A stretch of DNA of 64,000 bases from Candidatus Aenigmatarchaeota archaeon (GTDB taxonomy: Archaea > Aenigmatarchaeota > Aenigmatarchaeia > Aenigmatarchaeales > JACQIB01), in NCBI GenBank assembly GCA_016198755.1, contig JACQIB010000005.1, forward strand, positions 64,001 to 128,000. Direction: 5' to 3'. Shown here piece after piece: positions 9,303 to 17,775 of the stretch. The notes under the pieces are model-generated. The model searched no databases and was not told the DNA's origin. It was given only the letters and a program-made list of their open reading frames with translations. The first letter of the stretch is position 1. The number at the start of each line of letters is the position of its first letter. The translations under genes and the position numbers were made by a program.

Positions 9303-9998
9303 TTATCCCCCAAATCTTTTTGCACGTGCATCAGTGTCACTCAGTATTCTTTCTATTCTCCTATCAAGAGCTACGTCTACACTTGCACCTGCATATGCAA
9401 CCATTCCCCTGTAAAGTGGACTCTGAGCTATCTTTAATCCTTCCATTACACCGGCGAATGTAGCGCCATCATATCCCCTATATTCTACTTGTGCATTTCC
9501 AACAATTACATTATGTGGTGTTCCAGGAGGAAATGCCTGATAAAAGCCTATACCTTCCTGTAATCCAGCAATACGCTTACCTGCATCCTCTTTTACTCTA
9601 ATTAGAGCTTGTTTCTTTACTTCTTTTAATGTATCTGGTTTTTCTATGTTTCTACTCGCTATAAGTGCCGCATCAGATGATGCAGTCAACTCAGACGCAG
9701 GCTTAATTCCCTGTGTAGTAGCTGTATAAATTGCATCTGCTTTCTGATAACCTCCACCGAAAGCTATGCCTCTAAAAAAGCGGTATACATCTCTCAAACC
9801 TATTACACCTAGCAATGGTCCAATTCCAAGATCCTCCCAATCCATCCTTTCTGCAATTGTTAATGTTGCATCGGGCTGCCTCTCCTTTCTTCCTCCGGCA
9901 GTTAACACTGTCTGCTCTGCTCCTAGAATTACATCTATAGGATCATTCTTATCGGGAGGAAGTGACTCCGGTACAAGAACTGTTGTTGTTGGTGCCAT
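9303..9998 (-). CDS. Hypothetical protein (231 aa)
   Basis: ORF preceded by GTGATAAAATATG; ends 3 nt before the start of the next gene. Confidence 0.8.
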   Translation of the reverse strand: MAPTTTVLVPESLPPDKNDPIDVILGAEQTVLTAGGRKERQPDATLTIAERMDWEDLGIGPLLGVIGLRDVYRFFRGIAFGGGYQKADAIYTATTQGIKPASELTASSDAALIASRNIEKPDTLKEVKKQALIRVKEDAGKRIAGLQEGIGFYQAFPPGTPHNVIVGNAQVEYRGYDGATFAGVMEGLKIAQSPLYRGMVAYAGASVDVALDRRIERILSDTDARAKRFGG

Positions 9999-10094
9999 AT
10001 TTTATCACTCATTATTTGGCAGCAAAACAATAAATCCTGAGTGTGAAATTGTTTTACTACCTAATAGTAGTATGTATTAACTAGTATATAAAGC

Positions 10095-11297
10095 CTACTG
10101 TTCGGGTGTTCCACCATTTCCCTTTTGCAACTCTTCCATCATTCTGCGCCTTATTTTGCTTAGTTCCACATCATCTGAATCAGATGGCTCTACTGGAGGG
10201 CTGGATTTTACTTTCTCTGCTACTCTCGCGGTTTCTGAGTCCGGAGACCTTTCACCAAAACCTAAATCCGCCAATACTCTCTTTTTGTTTTCATCGTCTT
10301 GAGATGGCTCAACAGGAACACCACTTTTTATTTCTTCTAAAACTCTATCTGTTTCTGGATCCATAGCCCTTCCGCTTGGTACTCCAGTACCCTGGCCTGC
10401 TTCTGGTTTATCATTCCGCACAGGTGGAACATATCCTGGAACTGGTTTATCAGAAGGCGGCTCGTATGTTGTAGAGACATGAGCTCCTGCAGCATAATCA
10501 CCTAAACCTGGAGTTTTAGCAGGTTCATCACTCTCAAACTCTGCTCCACAACATCCGCACCTAGCATCAGCAGCGCCAACATCTGCACCACACGATGGGC
10601 ACTCGAAAGCTTCTAATTTTTCGTCTTCTCCTTTTGGAGAATCTTCTCCATCTCCGCGATCAAGTCTTGTGAGTCTTGGACTACCGAAACCTTTATCCTT
10701 GGAGATTTTTAACCTGTCTAAAGCAACCCCTACAAGCATCTGGGCTTTTCTTAGATTATTTTCATAATGCAGATCTCCACTGCCCTTCCTCTCTGCTGCC
10801 TGTAAATGAAGCATTGCTGCAGTCACATCAGCCCCTACCTTCTCTGCAGCTTCTATATACCCCCTAACTCTTTCCATCTTAGGATCTAAAATAAGAACGC
10901 GACTTGACCTGTATGGAGGTGCGGGTGGAACTGGCGCCCTTCTTGGCGGTGATGGAGCAGGTCGGGAAGATGAAGGATTAGGATTATGACCTGCCGGAGG
11001 AGTTGGAATTCTCCTTGGAGGTTCATAACCAGAAGATTCTACTGTAGCTGGAGGAAGCGTTATAGGAAGTGCAGTGGGTTTCCTGCTTATTGCTATAGTC
11101 AGCCTATCCTGAATATCTTCTATTCTTGAATCAACTCCAAATTTGCCTTTATAGGGAGTTAAAGCATTCAGAGCAAGTTGGTAAGCTTGTGCAGCTGAAC
11201 CATAATCATGTAACCTTGCTAATCTGTCTCCTGCTCTTACGTAAGCATCTGCTCCAGCAACTTCCTTTCTCTTTTTAGTAATAAGGAGTAATTTCAT
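10095..11297 (-). CDS. Hypothetical protein with TPR/MIT-like helices, Pro-rich linker and double zinc ribbon
   Basis: AGDRLARLHDYGSAAQAYQLAL; FECPSCGADVGAADARCGCCGAEF; short C-terminal repeat ETxRVxExxKSxxPVEPS twice. Confidence 0.82.
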   Translation of the reverse strand: MKLLLITKKRKEVAGADAYVRAGDRLARLHDYGSAAQAYQLALNALTPYKGKFGVDSRIEDIQDRLTIAISRKPTALPITLPPATVESSGYEPPRRIPTPPAGHNPNPSSSRPAPSPPRRAPVPPAPPYRSSRVLILDPKMERVRGYIEAAEKVGADVTAAMLHLQAAERKGSGDLHYENNLRKAQMLVGVALDRLKISKDKGFGSPRLTRLDRGDGEDSPKGEDEKLEAFECPSCGADVGAADARCGCCGAEFESDEPAKTPGLGDYAAGAHVSTTYEPPSDKPVPGYVPPVRNDKPEAGQGTGVPSGRAMDPETDRVLEEIKSGVPVEPSQDDENKKRVLADLGFGERSPDSETARVAEKVKSSPPVEPSDSDDVELSKIRRRMMEELQKGNGGTPEQ

Positions 11298-11330
11298 TCT
11301 TATTACTGTATGGTAGTTAATATTTAAAGC

Positions 11331-11582
11331 TTACTGTTCTGGGCGCTGGAAGACTCCAAGCTGTGTGCAAATCTCCAGTATAGCCCAAGCCCAGATTACT
11401 GCCTCAAAGGCTCTAACTAAGTCACCGGAGCCTAGAAAGTGCTTTGAGTCGGAAATATAGGCTTTCATGTTTTCCATCATTTCTTCTCCTTTTTCGTCTG
11501 AGAGTTGTATTTGGTCTATAAATGGCTCTATTTTATCCAGCCACTTTTCAACTTCTTTCTCTGTCAGTTTCAACTTGTCCAT
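11331..11582 (-). CDS. DUF357 domain protein
   Basis: MKAYISDSKHFLGSGDLVRAFEAVIWAWA matches the archaeal DUF357 pattern; the family is often found next to dph5. Confidence 0.85.
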   Translation of the reverse strand: MDKLKLTEKEVEKWLDKIEPFIDQIQLSDEKGEEMMENMKAYISDSKHFLGSGDLVRAFEAVIWAWAILEICTQLGVFQRPEQ

Positions 11583-11633
11583 TCTATCTCCCCGGTCTGT
11601 TTCTTGCGCTGCAAAATTTGGAGCTGGCTGTAT

Positions 11634-12392
11634 TTATTGGCTGCGGGTGGCCTTGAGTTTTTCCAATATAGATTTTTTGACAGACTTGAACTCCGGCACC
11701 ATTGGTATAAGTGGGTCTAGTTCAGAGTTCCAGATAGCCTCTTTAAGGTTCAGGTGCTTTTCAAATTTACCTGGGCTCCAGCTTTCCCTATAATATTCCA
11801 GTTTTTTATCTGTCAATTCCTTATCAAAGGAAACTCCTTTCTCAAGCAGGAACCAAAGATCATAAACATCCCTGGCTTTTGTTCGGCTCATTATAGCCCT
11901 GACCTTTTCAGCCAGTATTTCCCTTTCGTCCATTACTAGGACATCAAACTCCGGTAGTTCCTCAATAAATCTCCCAACGGTTTTAATTAGTGGTTTCAAG
12001 GTTACATTTTCCCTAAAGCTAAAGTCTATGATAAAATTGCAAATGCTGTGCCTTACACCAAGATATAACGGTCCAGTTATTCTAAGAATAATTTTTAAAC
12101 CGTTTTCATACTCCTTTGTCTCAATTTCGTACTCTATACCAAATCTTTTCAGTCCAGACTCTAATTTTTTAGTGTCTACCTTGCCTACGCATGTAAAATC
12201 CAAATCTTCTGAAAACCTGTTCAGACCATAGCATTTTTTTAAGGCAGTGCCACCCTTAAAAATAAGGGTGTTTCCATACTCTTGGTAGAGAATAAACAAT
12301 ATTATATTCTGGATATAGTCCTTTTCTGCTTGGCCTAGATTTTTTAGACCTGCAACTTTTGCATAGTTTTTTAATTCTTCCTTTTGTATCAT
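11634..12392 (-). CDS. AbiEii/DUF1814 nucleotidyltransferase toxin (type IV TA)
   Basis: EKDY, FKGGTAL, RFSEDLDF, EILAEKVRA and KARDVYDL motifs. Confidence 0.92.
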   Translation of the reverse strand: MIQKEELKNYAKVAGLKNLGQAEKDYIQNIILFILYQEYGNTLIFKGGTALKKCYGLNRFSEDLDFTCVGKVDTKKLESGLKRFGIEYEIETKEYENGLKIILRITGPLYLGVRHSICNFIIDFSFRENVTLKPLIKTVGRFIEELPEFDVLVMDEREILAEKVRAIMSRTKARDVYDLWFLLEKGVSFDKELTDKKLEYYRESWSPGKFEKHLNLKEAIWNSELDPLIPMVPEFKSVKKSILEKLKATRSQ

Positions 12393-13075
12393 ATCTTTAG
12401 CCTCCATTTACTATATGTTTTTTCCCATTTCTTTGAGAATGGATTTAAAACGACATAGTTTTTGTCTAAGATAAAGTTGTGAGATATATCCACGCTCTTA
12501 ATAGTTTCCAGTAAATAACCGACTCGCTTAATAACATTGTTATTGCCTGTGATCTGGAGGTATTTAACAACTTTATCCTCATCTATTTTTGCGTTCTCAA
12601 ATATTTTTATTATTTCGTCAAAATTTCCACATTCCTTTGGTCTCAGAAAACAGTCTATTAAAAGCTTTTCATCCTCTGCAATAAAAATATCCCCCTCGTC
12701 CGTTCTTATTTTTTTATAGCCAAAAACTGGCTTAATGGAAACAAATTTTATATCGTACCCTTCAAACTTTATTGGGACGGCTCTTCTTGTGGTCGCGACC
12801 TGAACAGTGTTAAGAATCTGTTCTGTGTAACCAAGAAAGTAGGATGCTGACCAGAACGAGATATAGGAAGGATAAACTATGTTGCTAGCTATCAAGAAAA
12901 TGCTGTCCTTTGTGGTGTAAGCGTTTCTTTTTATCTTTTTTACTAACCCTCTTTGTTTTAACCTGTTCAAAATCAACTTTGCATATATTCCCTTACAATA
13001 CCCAATACGCTCTATATCTTGTATCTTAAAGACCGCTTTAGCTCTAAGCTTATCTAAAAGTTCTATCGCTTTCAT
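12389..13075 (-). CDS. AbiEi-like antitoxin/transcriptional regulator
   Basis: N-terminal wHTH; PSYISFWSASYFLG; EKLLIDC; IKRVGYLLE; stop overlaps the toxin start. Confidence 0.85.
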   Translation of the reverse strand: MKAIELLDKLRAKAVFKIQDIERIGYCKGIYAKLILNRLKQRGLVKKIKRNAYTTKDSIFLIASNIVYPSYISFWSASYFLGYTEQILNTVQVATTRRAVPIKFEGYDIKFVSIKPVFGYKKIRTDEGDIFIAEDEKLLIDCFLRPKECGNFDEIIKIFENAKIDEDKVVKYLQITGNNNVIKRVGYLLETIKSVDISHNFILDKNYVVLNPFSKKWEKTYSKWRLKI

Positions 13076-13098
13076 ATTATATTGTTTCTTGTTTTATG

Positions 13099-13191
13099 TA
13101 TATAAAGTTATCATTTTTGATAACTATCACTATACTTTATAGGAAAATATCTTATTTCAATTCTATATAATGATCAAATTTGATAACTATC
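13099..13191. promoter_or_regulatory. Putative AbiE autoregulatory operators
   Basis: Perfect palindrome AGTTATCA-TTTT-TGATAACT (13106..13125) beside the TATA box; degenerate second copy at 13164..13191. Confidence 0.65.
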
Positions 13192-13216
13192 TGGCAATTT
13201 TTTAGGAACTGCAGAC

Positions 13217-13942
13217 CTATTTGCTGTAAGTTTCCAGAGCTTCCTTTTCCTTAAAGTGGAGCTTTCCTGGCAAAATTAGAACTGCAGGGTATGGGAACCT
13301 TTTCTCCAGCAGTTCTTTTACAGGCGCGTAAACTATAGTTTGCTCTGGGGTTCCTAAAGCTGCTGCAGCAACAAATTTTTCTGCTGGCTTTGTTATTTTG
13401 GCTTTTAACAAAAACTTTAAAGCATCCACAGGGCCCATGTATAGGTTTACTTCAGAGTCTAAGTCTAAAAGCAATAGTGTATGTAAACCGAGCTTTTTGT
13501 TGCCTTCTATTGTTTCTTTCACAGCAGTTAGTTGGCCTGTAAATGGAATAGTAGCTGTGCGTCCGAACTTGTAGAGTTGGAGACCTGTTTCAGCTATTAC
13601 AGAAAAAATGCTTACAGAATGGAAAACCTTACAGGGAACAGACTGCTTTTTGCACTCAAGCAAAAGCTCCATATGGGTTGTGGCTGATAGAGGGTCTCCG
13701 ATTATCAGAACAGCAATATTTTTCTCCTTTGCTCTTTCAACTAGCAAGACAGAATCATCCTCCAAACCCTTCCTTTTAAGCAAAACAGGTTTTTTCCCCA
13801 TTGCCTTTTCTATATCAGCTGCAGAACCTTTCCAGAGGGAAGTATATTGTTCTATATACAGCTCATCAGCTGCTTTTCCAGCTTCTATTCCACCAACTGT
13901 TAAGTCTGCTGGGGAAAGGCCTATTCCAATAAGGTAGAGCAT
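13217..13942 (-). CDS. dph5: Diphthine synthase
   Basis: MLYLIGIGL, YIEQYTS, GDPLSATTH, GLQLYKFGRTATIP, GLHTLLLLD, PGKLHFKE. Confidence 0.95.
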   Translation of the reverse strand: MLYLIGIGLSPADLTVGGIEAGKAADELYIEQYTSLWKGSAADIEKAMGKKPVLLKRKGLEDDSVLLVERAKEKNIAVLIIGDPLSATTHMELLLECKKQSVPCKVFHSVSIFSVIAETGLQLYKFGRTATIPFTGQLTAVKETIEGNKKLGLHTLLLLDLDSEVNLYMGPVDALKFLLKAKITKPAEKFVAAAALGTPEQTIVYAPVKELLEKRFPYPAVLILPGKLHFKEKEALETYSK

Positions 13943-13971
13943 ATGGGAAATTAGTATGTAAAGTTTATAAC

Positions 13972-14544
13972 CTATAACAGGGCCAGCACCCTTTTCCTTA
14001 AAATTGCTGGGTATGATTTCAGATAGTCATTAAGCTTTTCCCTGTCTATGCGCTTTCTGAACTCCCTTATTGTTTCCTTATCCAGATATTGGTTGAAATA
14101 GACAAAATCTATAAGTGTTTTTTCTATGTCAGAAACTGGAAAATAAAAATCCCCCTGTTTTATCATTTCAAAGCCAAACAGGTATTTTGGTTTTATCCTA
14201 TGCAGGAAAACCTTGTTTTCAAAAACCATTACTTTTCTGTGTTTAACCTTCTGGGCGGTAACTATAATTGTTACTGTTTCCTGCTCCCATAGATTATGTA
14301 TGCTAAGTGCCTCATTCAAACCTAGATAAGCTGGTCTGTAGCAAAACACAGCAAGTGTTGGATCATCTTGGAGGGAATAAAACCCTTTTTTAATTCTATT
14401 TAACTCCCCCCTCTTTATCATGTTATTTACTAGCAGATAACTATAATTTTTGTTCCTTACATCTATGTTTATGTCCCCGAGTGTGGCTACTGGAGTTTTT
14501 TTCAGAAATTCCCTTATTTGCTTTATGTATTTTATTCTGCCCAT
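13972..14544 (-). CDS. AbiEi-like antitoxin
   Basis: wHTH (RGELNRIKKGFY); PAYLGLNEALSIH; SDIEKTLIDF. Confidence 0.82.
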   Translation of the reverse strand: MGRIKYIKQIREFLKKTPVATLGDINIDVRNKNYSYLLVNNMIKRGELNRIKKGFYSLQDDPTLAVFCYRPAYLGLNEALSIHNLWEQETVTIIVTAQKVKHRKVMVFENKVFLHRIKPKYLFGFEMIKQGDFYFPVSDIEKTLIDFVYFNQYLDKETIREFRKRIDREKLNDYLKSYPAILRKRVLALL

Positions 14545-15179
14545 CTTTTAATACCCTCCAACATCTCGGACATTCTGGGAGTGACGCCAGAGAAAACCAA
14601 CTGCTCCAAGTTTTCCGGGTCCACGGGCTCTTTGAACCCCTTTATAAATTCCTTAAGGGAAGATTTCAGATTTCCGCCATTTGTAATCCTTAAAAGGAAA
14701 TATATATCATAGAGATCCCTTATTTTTCTTCTCTCCTTATAGGTTGCCAGTTTTTCTTTTAACAGCTCTTCTGGGGAGAGCATATTTATGTTGAGAAACG
14801 TCCCGTCTGAGAGCTCAAAAGGTTTTGTTACAAAGGTCTTTTTATTCTGAAAAACTGCTTCAAACCTTAGTATAATGCTGGAATAGGAAAATTTTGAGTA
14901 TATTGAACGGTGCTTTTCTCTAAATTTTATAGTTCCAAACCCCTTGTTCTCAAGGCTTTTTTGGAATTTAATTAAATCCTCAGAATTGCTTAAATCCTCA
15001 GGAAGGTAAACGTCTATATCCTCTGAAAATCTATTGCTTCCATAACATCTCCATATTGCAGTGCCTCCGTGCAGGACAGCTTTTGGAATAATTCTAAAAA
15101 GCTCAGAAACCATGATATCCTGAGCTAGAGCCAGCTCTTTTTGTCCCCGTTTTCTCAGCCTGCTCATAAGCGGCAACAT
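14532..15179 (-). CDS. AbiEii/DUF1814 nucleotidyltransferase toxin
   Basis: LHGGTAIWRCY, RFSEDIDVY, EELLKEK, KIRDLYDIY. Confidence 0.9.
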   Translation of the reverse strand: MLPLMSRLRKRGQKELALAQDIMVSELFRIIPKAVLHGGTAIWRCYGSNRFSEDIDVYLPEDLSNSEDLIKFQKSLENKGFGTIKFREKHRSIYSKFSYSSIILRFEAVFQNKKTFVTKPFELSDGTFLNINMLSPEELLKEKLATYKERRKIRDLYDIYFLLRITNGGNLKSSLKEFIKGFKEPVDPENLEQLVFSGVTPRMSEMLEGIKRWAE

Positions 15180-15311
15180 ATTATATATTGTGCCATCCTT
15201 ATATATAAATATATGTTTGGCTTAATGTACTTGGTTATACAGCTTCCTTCTTTTGATTAAGAAAAGCTTATACATACCCATAGCTTACACTGAATCGTAT
15301 TAGGTGGTTAG

Positions 15312-16040
15312 ATGAGGCTGGCTTTTGATGTTATTGGGGGGAAGGAGGGGGCTGTTGCTGTTATTGAGGGGACTGATAAAACTGCAGCAAAAGAGATAAT
15401 GGAAAGGCATAAAAACGTACAGGCTGTTTTCGGGAAAGTTGGGGAGAGAAGGGGAGAATACAGACTATATAAGCTTAAACTACTGGCTGGTAAACCCAGT
15501 GAAGTTGTACACAGGGAAAGCGGGCTTTTGTTTAAGCTGGATCCTAGGAAAGTTTACTTTTCCCCGCGCGAAAGTACTGAGAGGCAGCGCTGTGCTGAGC
15601 TTGTTGGAAAAAAAGAAAATATTCTTGTATTGTTTGCAGGTGCAGGACCGCTGGCTATTGCTATTGCGAAAAAGCAGCCCTATGCAAAGGTTGTGGCTGT
15701 GGAAAAGAATCCTGCTGCTGTTAAATACGCGCAGGAAAATGTGAAACTTAACAGAACAATGAATGTTTCTGTTTTGAAAGCTGATGCTGCAAAGTTTAAG
15801 AGTAAAGAGAAATTTGACAGAATTTTCATGCCTTTGCCTGAGGGAGCAACGGGGTTTTTGCCTGTTGTCAAAAAGTTAGTTAAGCCAAAAGGCATAGTGT
15901 ATCTGTATACACTCTCGCATGAGAAAACTCTGTTTAGGGATGTTAAGGGACTGGATAGCTGGAAAATTGTTGGACAACAGAGAGTTCTTCCTTACGCACC
16001 CAGAGTTTGGAAGGTTAGGATTGATTTGAGACCAATATAA
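15312..16040 (+). CDS. trm5: tRNA (guanine37-N1) methyltransferase, Trm5 family
   Basis: HRESG, VYFSPRESTERQR, LFAGAGP, EKNP, DRIFMPLP. Confidence 0.8.
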   Translation: MRLAFDVIGGKEGAVAVIEGTDKTAAKEIMERHKNVQAVFGKVGERRGEYRLYKLKLLAGKPSEVVHRESGLLFKLDPRKVYFSPRESTERQRCAELVGKKENILVLFAGAGPLAIAIAKKQPYAKVVAVEKNPAAVKYAQENVKLNRTMNVSVLKADAAKFKSKEKFDRIFMPLPEGATGFLPVVKKLVKPKGIVYLYTLSHEKTLFRDVKGLDSWKIVGQQRVLPYAPRVWKVRIDLRPI

Positions 16041-16168
16041 TATTTTGTATTGTTTATCTTATATAATAAATAAGATTTGTAATACGAAAGATTTATTTAT
16101 ATTTAGACGGCAATGTCTATAGACAAAAATGTCTAAAGTATAAAAACTAGCTCGAACATAGAAGATTT

Positions 16169-16894
16169 ATGAAAATAGAGGCTGTTAGCGAGAAGGGGTT
16201 TATTGACATGCCAAAACTCCTCTCCCCATTTGTAAGGAAAGAGATAAATGGGCAGTATGTATGTGTTCCAAAAATAACTGAGGAATTTAAGTGGGTTTTT
16301 ACAAAGGAGTGTATGGCTACTGAAAAGCTGGATGGAACAAATGTAAGTATTGTTGTAAGAGGGGGGAAGATTATTGCTGTCTATAACAGGCTTAATCCAA
16401 TTGACCTGTTTGCAAAGGGGAATAAGAGATTTGCTGAGGGTATTTTGGAGGCTGTTGAACGAGGGTATATTGACCTGAAAAAGCTGAATGGGCAATACTT
16501 TGGGGAACTGATAGGACCACAGGTAAATGGGAACCCCTATGGTTTGGAGAAACACTTATGGATGTCGTTTGAGCAAATAAAAGAGCATTTGGGATTTAAG
16601 TTCTGGGGGGAGTTTGTGGAAGAATTAAATGGGTTAACAGATGAGGAGGTGTATAAGAAGGTAAGTGAAGTGTTTAAAGGGTTGTGGAGCCTTTATAAAA
16701 GAAAGAGGGGGGTAAAGGGGGAGGTAAACGAGTATACAAAGTTCGGGGGGCTGGCTGCTGAGGGGATTGTTTTCTACAGGAGGGGGGCGGAGATAAAGCT
16801 TGCGAAGGTGGAGAACAGGATAACTACTTTAGAGCTCTGTAAATTGAGGAGGGATATGTTTGATTGGTTTAAGGGGGAGGGGCATGCACAGTAG
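16169..16894 (+). CDS. ATP-dependent RNA ligase family protein
   Basis: Nucleotidyltransferase motifs: I TEKLDGTN, III YFGELIG, IV EGIVF, V CKLR; no OB domain. Confidence 0.8.
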   Translation: MKIEAVSEKGFIDMPKLLSPFVRKEINGQYVCVPKITEEFKWVFTKECMATEKLDGTNVSIVVRGGKIIAVYNRLNPIDLFAKGNKRFAEGILEAVERGYIDLKKLNGQYFGELIGPQVNGNPYGLEKHLWMSFEQIKEHLGFKFWGEFVEELNGLTDEEVYKKVSEVFKGLWSLYKRKRGVKGEVNEYTKFGGLAAEGIVFYRRGAEIKLAKVENRITTLELCKLRRDMFDWFKGEGHAQ

Positions 16895-16905
16895 CTCATC
16901 TATAT

Positions 16906-17733
16906 CTATGATAAGGCTATCTTGAAAGAATAGTGCCAAACATGCGGGGCATACGGTTTTATTCTGCGGTCTGTTATTTTTGCCCTGAACCCATGAGTTT
17001 GGCAGATTTTTTCTATTTTCTTTTTTGTCTTTTCCAAATCTTTCTCATGTATTTTTTTATGGAAGTGTATTATACAGCGCCTTTTGGCCATGTTGAGAGC
17101 TGCTGGCAAAAACTGCTCTGTATTATGCAAATAGCCCATTATAATCCTGTCTGCCTTTTTTTCCAGAACTTTCGAAAAGTGCCTGCAGTCGCCCTCAAAA
17201 ACTTCAATATTTTTTATTTTGTTAAGCAGAATATTCTTTCTTAGGTATTTTACAGAAAGTGGGTTTAGTTCTATTGAATAGACTTTTGAAACTGGAGTGG
17301 TTTTTGCTATTGGAAGGGACCAGTATCCAATTCCTGCAAACATATCCAGAACAGTTTCCTTCCTCTTTATTTCCCTGCAAATAATTTCCTTTTCCCCTTT
17401 GTTCCGTTCAGAGAACATTAACAACTCTGGGGGGAAGCTGTAAAGGACATTTAGTTCAGTGTGCACTATTTCTCTCTGCTTTTTCCCTGCCAGCAGCTCT
17501 GTTTTAGGCAGCCTGTAAACTCCATGTGAACCTTTTAACATATAAACAGCTTTCACATAAGGATATATCTTCAGTATAGCTTTTCCTACCAGTTTTCTTT
17601 TCTTTAACAATATAGAATTTAGGTGCAGGAAAATTACGTTTCCCATCATAAGATAACTGTGTGGTAGGAGAGCCGTTTCTTTTTCAGAAAGCTTTGGCTT
17701 TAGAGTTTCTGAAAGAAGAGTGTAGAAGCTCAT
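16906..17733 (-). CDS. Taw2/Tyw2-like (Trm5 family) tRNA wyosine-pathway transferase
   Basis: LMFSERNKGEK, DMFAGIGYWSLP, ELNP, N-terminal to ADRIIMGY. Confidence 0.8.
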   Translation of the reverse strand: MSFYTLLSETLKPKLSEKETALLPHSYLMMGNVIFLHLNSILLKKRKLVGKAILKIYPYVKAVYMLKGSHGVYRLPKTELLAGKKQREIVHTELNVLYSFPPELLMFSERNKGEKEIICREIKRKETVLDMFAGIGYWSLPIAKTTPVSKVYSIELNPLSVKYLRKNILLNKIKNIEVFEGDCRHFSKVLEKKADRIIMGYLHNTEQFLPAALNMAKRRCIIHFHKKIHEKDLEKTKKKIEKICQTHGFRAKITDRRIKPYAPHVWHYSFKIALS

Positions 17734-17775
17734 TTCAAATCATTTGGTTGCAGAGGCTTTAAACCTTTTGTTCAA

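Noticed and set aside
9303-9320. C-terminal GG (RFGG) of the 231-aa protein as a ubiquitin/SAMP-like conjugation signal
   Set aside because: No beta-grasp-like sequence is evident, and the GGGGGA codons double as the SD of the next gene.
9996-10010. GTGATAAAA(T)ATG as a cluster-specific regulatory motif
   Set aside because: The short core also precedes unrelated genes (57053, 61203) and matches the archaeal SD; only the longer 34-bp duplication is retained.
11583-13216. Target-site duplication around the AbiE module, as seen at tbp
   Set aside because: Only scattered 5-6-nt matches between the flanks; the same holds for the MazF module.
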